Positions 25,374 to 32,000 of a DNA stretch of 32,000 nt are shown here, one piece after another. The stretch is from Ruminococcus albus 7 = DSM 20455 (GTDB lineage Bacteria > Bacillota > Clostridia > Oscillospirales > Ruminococcaceae): the NCBI RefSeq assembly GCF_000179635.2, contig NC_014833.1:30001-62000 (forward strand), written 5' to 3'. The position numbers and the translations under genes are program-made. The notes beneath the pieces are model-generated. The model worked only from the letters and a program-made list of their open reading frames with translations. It had not been told where the DNA came from and did not search any database. Positions within the stretch are counted from its first letter, which is position 1; each line of letters opens with the position of its first letter.

Positions 25374-26684
25374 GTGATAGAGACATTTCGTAATGCCTGG
25401 AAGGTCCCGGAATTAAGAAGAAAGCTTCTATTTACATTTTTCATCATCGTTATTTACAGGATAGGCGGAACAGTTCCTGTTCCCTATCTTGATTCGGCTG
25501 CACTTAACACTTGGTTTGAAGGCAGCAAAAATTCAGGTGACTTTTTCAGTTACCTGAACGTCCTTTCGGGCGGTAACTTTTCAAAGGCTACACTGATGGC
25601 ACTGTCCGTTGGTCCTTACATCAACGCACAGATCATCATTCAGCTGCTGACCTACGCACTTCCTCCTCTGGAAAGACTTTCCAAGGAAGGCATGGAAGGC
25701 AGAAAGACCCTTAACAAGATCACCAAGTACACAGCACTTGGTATAGCACTGTTCCAGGGCTGGGCTTACTACAGAACACTGATGAACGTTGACGGTCAGC
25801 AGATAGTACTGTACACAGGCCACACCTTTGAAAGATACTTCACGGAAGCCATCATTGTTCTCTGCTTCGTGGCAGGCGCTTCGCTGACTATATGGCTGGG
25901 CGACAGGATCAATGAAAAGGGTATAGGCAACGGCGTATCCATGTTGCTGTTCGCAGGTATCATCGCAAGAGGTCCTGATGCTGTCATCACCCTCTGCAAG
26001 ATGATGACTACAGGCGATACAAAGAATATGATACTCGTTCCTATCATCATCGTAGTATTCGTCCTGATGATCGCGTTCATAATCTTTATGAACAACGCTG
26101 AAAGAAGAATACCGATACAGTATGCCAAGCGCGTTGTAGGCAGAAAGCAGTACGGCGGTCAGAACACATTCATCCCGATCAAGATCGCGATGAGCGGCGT
26201 TCTTCCTATCATCTTTGCTATGAGCTTTATGTCTATCCCTGCAACACTCAAGCTGTTTACCGGCGATCCTAAGCCCGGTACTTTCTACGATGGTCTGCTG
26301 AGATGGTTCAATTACACACATCCGTTCTACGCTTGTATGTACTTCGTTCTCATAATCGCGTTCAACTACTTCTATGTAAGTATGTCCTATAACCCGATCG
26401 AGATCGCAAACAACCTCAGACAGAACAACGGCGGCGTTCCCGGAATAAGACCCGGTAAGCCTACCAGCGACTACTTCCAGAGGATACTCAGCAAGATAAC
26501 TCTGGTCGGCGCTGTGTTCCTGGGTATCATTGCTATCTTCCCCATCATCTTTGGTGTTATCACCAAGCTGCCTATCGCAATGGGCGGTACTTCGATACTC
26601 ATCGTTGTAAGTGTTGCGCTTGAAACAGCAAGAACTATGGAATCTCAGATGATGATGCGTCATCACTCCGGCTTCCTGAAATAA
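25374..26684 (+). CDS. secY: Preprotein translocase subunit SecY
   Basis: GTG start 8 nt after GAGGTG. The product is a 436-aa polytopic protein with ...LRRKLLFTFFIIVIYRIGGTVPVPY... and ...GGTSILIVVSVALET.... The position after rplO fits. Confidence 0.97.
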   Translation: MIETFRNAWKVPELRRKLLFTFFIIVIYRIGGTVPVPYLDSAALNTWFEGSKNSGDFFSYLNVLSGGNFSKATLMALSVGPYINAQIIIQLLTYALPPLERLSKEGMEGRKTLNKITKYTALGIALFQGWAYYRTLMNVDGQQIVLYTGHTFERYFTEAIIVLCFVAGASLTIWLGDRINEKGIGNGVSMLLFAGIIARGPDAVITLCKMMTTGDTKNMILVPIIIVVFVLMIAFIIFMNNAERRIPIQYAKRVVGRKQYGGQNTFIPIKIAMSGVLPIIFAMSFMSIPATLKLFTGDPKPGTFYDGLLRWFNYTHPFYACMYFVLIIAFNYFYVSMSYNPIEIANNLRQNNGGVPGIRPGKPTSDYFQRILSKITLVGAVFLGIIAIFPIIFGVITKLPIAMGGTSILIVVSVALETARTMESQMMMRHHSGFLK

Positions 26685-26714
26685 TAAAGTCCGATCGAGA
26701 AAGGGGTAAGACTA

Positions 26715-27350
26715 ATGAACAATATCATTCTTTTGGGCGCTCCAGGTGCCGGCAAAGGTACTCAGGCAGAGAACATCTGCAAGGAGCTGAACATTCCTAC
26801 CATTTCCACAGGCAATATGCTCAGAGCTGCTGTTAAGGCAGGTACAGAGTATGGTCTGAAGGCGAAGGCAGCTATGGACGCAGGCGCACTTGTTTCTGAC
26901 GATATCGTTATAGGTATCCTCAAGGACAGGATCGCTGAGCCTGACGCACAGAATGGCTTCATTCTCGACGGTTTCCCCAGATCTGTTCCTCAGGCTGAGG
27001 CTCTGGACGCTATGGGCGTTCAGATCGACAAGGTCATTGAGATAGATGTTGCTGATGAAACCATCCAGCAGAGACTCTCGGGCAGAAGGGTATGCCTCGA
27101 CTGCGGCGCTACCTACCACGTGGACTTCAAGCCCTCTAAGGTAGAAGGCGTATGCGATGTATGCGGCAAGCCTATCGTTATCCGTAAGGACGACGAGCCC
27201 GCAACTGTTAAGAGCAGACTGGAAACATATCATAAAACTACTGAGCCTCTCAAGGGCTACTACGAGAAGCAGGGCAAGCTGACATCCGTAAAGGGCAGAG
27301 AGACCGTTGAGGAGACCTCTGCAGCAGTTATGGCTGCTCTCAAGGCTTGA
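26715..27350 (+). CDS. adk: Adenylate kinase (Cys4 zinc lid)
   Basis: [19 protein letters not shown]... matches adenylate kinase, and the lid reads CLDCGATYH...CDVCG. Confidence 0.97.
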   Translation: MNNIILLGAPGAGKGTQAENICKELNIPTISTGNMLRAAVKAGTEYGLKAKAAMDAGALVSDDIVIGILKDRIAEPDAQNGFILDGFPRSVPQAEALDAMGVQIDKVIEIDVADETIQQRLSGRRVCLDCGATYHVDFKPSKVEGVCDVCGKPIVIRKDDEPATVKSRLETYHKTTEPLKGYYEKQGKLTSVKGRETVEETSAAVMAALKA

Positions 27351-27377
27351 TATCTTATATAGAAAGCGTAATATCTG

Positions 27378-28124
27378 ATGATATGTATAAAATCAAATAA
27401 AGAAATTGAAAAGATGCGCAAGGCAGGTCAGCTGACCGCAGGCGCATTACAGGCAGCAGGTGAAGCACTAAGACCGGGCATGACTACTCATGAACTGGAC
27501 AAAGTGGTAGAGAAGTTCATTCTCTCTCACGGTGCTAAGCCGGGATTCAAGGGTTACGGCGGATTTCCCGCTGCAGCCTGCATATCCGTGAATGACGAAG
27601 TTATCCACGGTATCCCCGGCGGCAGGAAGATCATGGAAGGCGATATAGTTTCTGTAGATACAGGAGCTTTCGTGGACGGATATCATGGTGATTCCTGCAA
27701 GACTTTTGCCTGCGGCAAGATCTCAGACGACGTACAGGCACTTCTTGATTCCACCGAGCAAAGTCTTTATGAGGCTATCAAAATGGTAAAGCCCGGCGTA
27801 AGGATAGGCGACATCGGTGCCGCTATACAGAAGTACAACGAGGACAGAGGTTTTTCAGTCGTCAGAGAATACTGCGGACATGGGTTGGGAAGAGATCTCC
27901 ACGAAGATCCCGAGGTCCCCAACTACGGAAAAGCAGGTCATGGCGTAAGACTCCAGGCAGGTATGGTCATCTGTATCGAACCTATGATAAATATGGGTAC
28001 TGCAGGTATAAAGGTCATGCCGGACGGCTGGACAGTCAAGACACTGGACGGAAAATGGTCCGCACATTTTGAGCACACTATCGCTGTTACACAGGACGGC
28101 TGCGTGATACTCAGCAAGCTGTGA
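27378..28124 (+). CDS. map: Methionine aminopeptidase, type I
   Basis: ...IKSNKEIEKMRKAGQL...DIVSVDTGAFVDGYHGDS...YCGHGLGRDLHEDP...ICIEPM...HFEHT carries the metal-ligand pattern of MetAP type I. Confidence 0.96.
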   Translation: MICIKSNKEIEKMRKAGQLTAGALQAAGEALRPGMTTHELDKVVEKFILSHGAKPGFKGYGGFPAAACISVNDEVIHGIPGGRKIMEGDIVSVDTGAFVDGYHGDSCKTFACGKISDDVQALLDSTEQSLYEAIKMVKPGVRIGDIGAAIQKYNEDRGFSVVREYCGHGLGRDLHEDPEVPNYGKAGHGVRLQAGMVICIEPMINMGTAGIKVMPDGWTVKTLDGKWSAHFEHTIAVTQDGCVILSKL

Positions 28125-28414
28125 TGACAGAAAGTGTAATACAGGTCGGTTCACTGGTTTGGGCGCTTGCAGGCCGTGAGAAAGGCTCCTGCTTTGTTGC
28201 AGTGGGAGTAGACGGCGGCTTTGTGTACCTTGCGGATGGCAGACACCGAAAAGTCGGCAATCCGAAGAAGAAAAACATAAAGCACATTTCACCTGCTGAT
28301 GCTCAGGTATATACGGGTGATCTGACTGACAAGAAGTTAAGACGGCTGATCTTTCGGTACCTGACCCATACCGATCGGCAGCAGACAAGACCTTTGAGTG
28401 GGGAGGTTTTTTAA
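28121..28414 (+). CDS. Small KOW-domain-like RNA-binding protein, 97 aa
   Basis: Its start overlaps the map stop (ATGA) and its stop overlaps the infA start (TAATG). ...[47 protein letters not shown] resembles the KOW-like protein commonly found in this slot in Clostridia. Confidence 0.7.
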   Translation: MMTESVIQVGSLVWALAGREKGSCFVAVGVDGGFVYLADGRHRKVGNPKKKNIKHISPADAQVYTGDLTDKKLRRLIFRYLTHTDRQQTRPLSGEVF

Positions 28415-28632
28415 TGTCGAAAGAAGATGTACTTGAAGTTGAGGGAACAGTCGTTGAGGCACTGCCTAACGCGACATTCCAAGTTGAACTCACAAACGGT
28501 CATAAAATTCTTGCTCATATTTCGGGTAAGCTGCGTATGAACTACATTCGTATCGTGCCCGGTGATAAGGTCACAGTCGAGATGTCGCCTTATGACTTGA
28601 CAAAGGGAAGAATAACCTGGAGAGCTAAGTAA
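28414..28632 (+). CDS. infA: Translation initiation factor IF-1
   Basis: [70 protein letters not shown] matches IF-1. Confidence 0.98.
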   Translation: MSKEDVLEVEGTVVEALPNATFQVELTNGHKILAHISGKLRMNYIRIVPGDKVTVEMSPYDLTKGRITWRAK

Positions 28633-28709
28633 GCAAAGCGGTTGCTGCAACGGCTTTCCCTTATACGTATGAGAGCCGAGAGGCTCGGATAATCGAAGGA
28701 GGTATTTCA

Positions 28710-28823
28710 ATGAAAGTAAGACCTTCAGTTAAGCCTATCTGCGAAAAGTGCAAGATCATCAAGAGGAAAGGCAAGATCATGGTTATCTGCCAGAACCCCA
28801 AGCACAAGCAGCGTCAGGGCTAA
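28710..28823 (+). CDS. rpmJ: 50S ribosomal protein bL36 (37 aa, zinc-binding form)
   Basis: Hand-translated: [47 protein letters not shown] lies upstream. It is below the track cutoff. Confidence 0.93.
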   Translation: MKVRPSVKPICEKCKIIKRKGKIMVICQNPKHKQRQG

Positions 28824-28852
28824 CAAACCAATAATGGAGGTGCAGCTAAATA

Positions 28853-29221
28853 ATGGCTCGTATTGCTGGTATAGACCTGCCCAGAGATAAGAGGATCGAA
28901 GTCGCTCTTACCTACGTTTACGGCATTGGTCAGAAGACTGCTACTAAGATCATCAAGGAAACAGGCGTTGATCCTGACGTAAGAGTAAAGGATATGTCTG
29001 AGGATGACGTAGCTAAGCTTCGTGAATATATTGATCACAATCTTACAGTTGAGGGCGATCTGAGAAGAACAGTTGCTCTGAACATCAAGAGACTTACAGA
29101 GATCGGTTGCTACAGAGGCCTTCGTCACAGAAAGGGTCTGCCTGTTAGAGGACAGAGAACCAAGACGAATGCAAGAACTCGTAAGGGTCCTGTTAAGACC
29201 ATCGCTAACAAGAAGAAGTAA
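28853..29221 (+). CDS. rpsM: 30S ribosomal protein uS13
   Basis: [26 protein letters not shown] matches uS13. Confidence 0.98.
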   Translation: MARIAGIDLPRDKRIEVALTYVYGIGQKTATKIIKETGVDPDVRVKDMSEDDVAKLREYIDHNLTVEGDLRRTVALNIKRLTEIGCYRGLRHRKGLPVRGQRTKTNARTRKGPVKTIANKKK

Positions 29222-29236
29222 GGGAGGGTATGAAGC

Positions 29237-29635
29237 ATGGCTCAGGCTAAGAAGAAGACGACAGTTCGTCGCCGTCGTGAAAGAAAGAACATTGAACAGG
29301 GACAGGTTCATATCCAGTCCACATTCAACAACACCATCGTTACCATCACCGATATGCAGGGCAACGCAATTTCTTGGGCATCCGCAGGCGGACTCGGTTT
29401 CAGAGGCTCCAAGAAGTCTACTCCCTTCGCTGCTCAGACAGCCGCAGAGACTGCTGCAAGAGCTGCTAAGGAGCACGGTCTGAAGGTCGTTGAGGTATTC
29501 GTAAAGGGACCCGGCGCAGGCAGAGAAGCTGCTATCAGAGCGCTGCAGTCCGAGGAGCTGGAAGTAAGACTTATCAAGGACGTTACTCCTATCCCTCACA
29601 ACGGCTGCCGTCCCCCCAAGAGAAGAAGAGTGTAA
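29237..29635 (+). CDS. rpsK: 30S ribosomal protein uS11
   Basis: ...[46 protein letters not shown]... matches uS11. Confidence 0.98.
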   Translation: MAQAKKKTTVRRRRERKNIEQGQVHIQSTFNNTIVTITDMQGNAISWASAGGLGFRGSKKSTPFAAQTAAETAARAAKEHGLKVVEVFVKGPGAGREAAIRALQSEELEVRLIKDVTPIPHNGCRPPKRRRV

Positions 29636-29737
29636 TCATAAGTCATTTGAGTTTGCAGTTTAACTCAAAGTCGGGTAAAGCAGCATAGACGTAAGACTTG
29701 AAGCCCGATATCAATTTAGAAAACGGAGGTCATTAAA

Positions 29738-30334
29738 ATGGCAGTAAACAGAGAACCAATACTCAAGAGATGTAAGTATCTTGGCATCAGCCCCATGGTT
29801 ATGGGCGTTGCTAAGGAGACTAAGCGTGACCCCAACGCTAACAAGCGTAAGAAGGTTTCCGAGTACGGCCTTCAGCTGAAGGAAAAGCAGAAGCTGAGAT
29901 TCATCTACGGCGTACTGGAGAAGCAGTTCCATCACTATTTTGAGATCGCTCAGAAGATGGAAGGTCAGGCAGGTACCAATCTGCTGACAATACTCGAGTC
30001 CAGACTCGACAGTGTTGTATTCAGAATGGGTCTGTCCATGACAAGACGTGAGGCTAGACAGCTGGTTGTACACGGTCACTTCCTCGTAAATGGCAAGAGA
30101 GTTGATATCCCCTCTTACAGGATCAAGGCAGGCGACGTTATCTCCCTGAAGGAGAACAGCAAGAAGAGCCCCAAGTTCAAGCAGATCATCGAGACTACTG
30201 CCGGCAGAGTAGTTCCTACTTGGCTCGATATGGACAAGGAGAACCAGACTGCAAAGGTAGTTCGTATGCCTGTTAAGGAAGACCTTGATTACGAGATCGA
30301 GGAACACCTGATCGTAGAGCTGTATTCCAAGTAA
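29738..30334 (+). CDS. rpsD: 30S ribosomal protein uS4
   Basis: ...LQLKEKQKLRFIYGVLEKQF...LESRLDSVVFRMGLSMTRREARQLVVHGHFLVNGKRVDIPSY contains the S4 domain. Confidence 0.97.
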   Translation: MAVNREPILKRCKYLGISPMVMGVAKETKRDPNANKRKKVSEYGLQLKEKQKLRFIYGVLEKQFHHYFEIAQKMEGQAGTNLLTILESRLDSVVFRMGLSMTRREARQLVVHGHFLVNGKRVDIPSYRIKAGDVISLKENSKKSPKFKQIIETTAGRVVPTWLDMDKENQTAKVVRMPVKEDLDYEIEEHLIVELYSK

Positions 30335-30451
30335 TATGTGTAAGGTTCTCGGAGCGCTGTACCTTTTTTGGGTACAGCTCCGCAGAAGCTGCATAATATC
30401 TGGAACTTTCGGACACATTACAATTCATGTTTGAATACAGGAGGGTTACTA

Positions 30452-31411
30452 ATGCTTGAAAAGATAGAAAAGCCAAAGATCGAAACGCCTGAGCTCAAAA
30501 GCAACGGAACATACGGCAAGTTTATTCTCGAGCCTCTGGAGCGCGGCTATGGTATAACTCTCGGAAACAGTCTGAGACGTGTACTGCTCTCCTCTTTACC
30601 CGGTGTAGCTGTTACTTCTGTGAAGATCGACGGTGTACACCACGAACTCTCAACAATCCCCGGTGTTAAGGAAGATGTTACTGAGATCATCCTTAACCTC
30701 AAGGGCCTGACTGCAAAGCTTTACGGTGAGGGTCCCAAGACTATCTACATTGAAGCTGAAGGCGAATGCGTAGTTACCGCAGGCGACATCAAGGCTGATT
30801 CTGAAGTAGATATCCTTGTTCCCGATATGCACATCGCAACCCTGGGCGCCGGTGCAAAGCTGTATATGGAGATCACTATCGACCGCGGCAGAGGCTATGT
30901 TTCTGCTGAAAAGAATAAGTCTCTCATGCAGAACGCACCCATCGGCATTATTGCCGTAGACAGTATTTATTCGCCGGTATTAAAGGTAAACTACACAGTA
31001 GATAATACCCGTGTAGGTCACATTACCGACTTTGACAAGCTCACGCTGGAGGTATGGACTGACGGTACTATATCTGCCAAGGAAGCTGTATCAATGGCAG
31101 CCAAACTCCTCAACGAGCATCTGAATCCATTCGTTGATCTCTCCGAAGAGACTAACGTTGTGGAGCTTATTGTTGAAAAGGATGATCAGGGCAAAGAAAA
31201 GATCCTTGAGATGACCATTGAGGAACTTGACTTATCCGTGCGTTCATTCAATTGTCTGAAGCGCGCAGGCATCAACACAGTTAACGATTTGATCGAAAAG
31301 TCAGCAGAAGAAATGATGAAGGTACGTAACCTCGGTAAGAAGTCATTCGACGAGGTTCGCGAGAAGCTTCATTCTTTGGGCTACGAGCTCAATTCTGAGG
31401 AAGATAATTAA
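30452..31411 (+). CDS. rpoA: DNA-directed RNA polymerase subunit alpha
   Basis: ATG 30452 follows AGGAGGG. ...[30 protein letters not shown]... and the C-terminal ...[22 protein letters not shown] match RpoA. The track start at 30368 is rejected. Confidence 0.97.
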   Translation: MLEKIEKPKIETPELKSNGTYGKFILEPLERGYGITLGNSLRRVLLSSLPGVAVTSVKIDGVHHELSTIPGVKEDVTEIILNLKGLTAKLYGEGPKTIYIEAEGECVVTAGDIKADSEVDILVPDMHIATLGAGAKLYMEITIDRGRGYVSAEKNKSLMQNAPIGIIAVDSIYSPVLKVNYTVDNTRVGHITDFDKLTLEVWTDGTISAKEAVSMAAKLLNEHLNPFVDLSEETNVVELIVEKDDQGKEKILEMTIEELDLSVRSFNCLKRAGINTVNDLIEKSAEEMMKVRNLGKKSFDEVREKLHSLGYELNSEEDN

Positions 31412-31429
31412 TGTAAGGAGTGAAAATCT

Positions 31430-31771
31430 ATGCCAGGCACAAGAAAGCTGGGAAGGACCAGTGACCAGAGAAAAGCAATGCTGAGAGCTATGGTTACTTT
31501 CCTTCTGGAAAACGGTAAGATTGAAACAACTGTAACCAGAGCTAAGGAAGTTGCTGCTATGACCGAGAAGATGATCACACTCGGTAAGTCCAGCGAACTC
31601 CATTCCAAGAGACAGGTATTCGCTTATGTAACTAAGGAAGCTGTCGCTAAGAAGCTCTTTGATGAGATAGCACCTAAGTACGCAGACCGTAAGGGTGGTT
31701 ATACCAAGATCATCAAGATCGGACCCCGCCGCGGTGACGCTGCTGAAATGGCTATCATACAGCTGGTTTAA
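31430..31771 (+). CDS. rplQ: 50S ribosomal protein bL17
   Basis: ...[36 protein letters not shown]... matches bL17. Confidence 0.97.
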   Translation: MPGTRKLGRTSDQRKAMLRAMVTFLLENGKIETTVTRAKEVAAMTEKMITLGKSSELHSKRQVFAYVTKEAVAKKLFDEIAPKYADRKGGYTKIIKIGPRRGDAAEMAIIQLV

Positions 31772-31785
31772 TATACTAATTATAA

Positions 31786-31815
31786 GGACCGTACCTTCGG
31801 GTGCGGTCCTTTTTG
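31786..31815 (+). terminator. Intrinsic terminator ending the ribosomal cluster
   Basis: GGACCGTACC-TTCG-GGTGCGGTCC (10 bp, one G.U, UUCG loop) followed by TTTTT. Confidence 0.85.
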
Positions 31816-31825
31816 CGTATATACT

Positions 31826-31881
31826 AAAGGCAGGCAGACGCGTAAACTCACGTAATGTGAGATGCGTGTCCGCCTGCCTTT
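31826..31881. terminator. Long imperfect hairpin, probably the terminator of the convergent minus-strand gene
   Basis: AAAGGCAGGCAGACGC...GCGTGTCCGCCTGCCTTT with an inner CTCAC/GTGAG stem. T-rich sequence follows it on both strands. Confidence 0.5.
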
Positions 31882-31913
31882 ATTGTATATGGGGGTGCTT
31901 GTATGATATAGTA

Positions 31914-32000
31914 TCAGGCAGATACCGCTGCACGGAATTTCAGACATATCTTATCTGTTATCAGTGCTATGAACTCGCTGTTCGTCGGCTTGCCCTTGCC
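31914..32000 (-). CDS. C-terminal 28 codons of a convergent gene that continues past the window end; product unknown
   Basis: The only open reverse frame at the window edge reads ...GKGKPTNSEFIALITDKICLKFRAAVSA, with stop TGA at 31916-31914. A hairpin follows on the minus strand. Confidence 0.35.
   Translation of the reverse strand, partial: GKGKPTNSEFIALITDKICLKFRAAVSA

Noticed and set aside
17535-26666. Long antisense ORFs across the ribosomal cluster (17888-18475, 19539-20180, 20566-21165, 22081-22656, 23270-24142, 25581-26666, and others).
   Set aside because: All lie opposite highly conserved r-protein, secY or adk genes and lack start context and recognisable domains. They are shadow ORFs.
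1-32000. A search by eye for tRNA/rRNA genes, CRISPR repeats, transposase or integrase genes, terminal inverted repeats, toxin-antitoxin pairs, or defence-type ATPase/nuclease genes.
   Set aside because: None was found. All sizeable ORFs are accounted for by housekeeping, envelope or metabolic functions, and no spaced direct-repeat array is present.

Overview
The window looks like a Clostridia-type Firmicute chromosome, judged from gene content and order (inference). The right half (15.8-31.8 kb, + strand) is an intact S10-spc-alpha cluster of 32 genes: rpsJ-rplC-rplD-rplW-rplB-rpsS-rplV-rpsC-rplP-rpmC-rpsQ-rplN-rplX-rplE-rpsN-rpsH-rplF-rplR-rpsE-rpmD-rplO-secY-adk-map-KOW gene-infA-rpmJ-rpsM-rpsK-rpsD-rpoA-rplQ. 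The left half holds: (1) a tightly coupled five-gene minus-strand envelope-glycosylation operon, made of two unknown membrane proteins, a CsbB/GtrB-like GT2, YfhO, and a further membrane protein cut by the window edge; (2) a lipoprotein-anchored GH74-like beta-propeller glycosidase; (3) a small P-loop nucleoside-kinase-like gene; (4) pyruvate:ferredoxin oxidoreductase (nifJ type); (5) a monocistronic small secreted protein that is essentially only a peptidoglycan-binding domain; (6) a membrane-anchored XRE regulator divergent from a small HEAT/LRV-repeat protein. I found no rRNA, tRNA, CRISPR array or mobile element. The parts least explained by ordinary annotation are RNA-level. First, a near-consensus promoter sits about 465 nt upstream of rpsJ and drives a hairpin-rich, ORF-poor segment with a terminator-like element, followed by a 75-nt near-perfect hairpin. 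Second, there is an anomalous 221-nt, relatively GC-rich, hairpin- and repeat-containing spacer between rplW and rplB, and it is also open in the rplW frame for 61 codons past the stop. Smaller oddities are a Cys4 (zinc-ribbon-like) uL24, a long charged tail on uS3, and a perfect (ATGAAGG)x4 repeat forming the GH74 translation start. All calls come from reading the sequence by eye. No database search or RNA folding was run.
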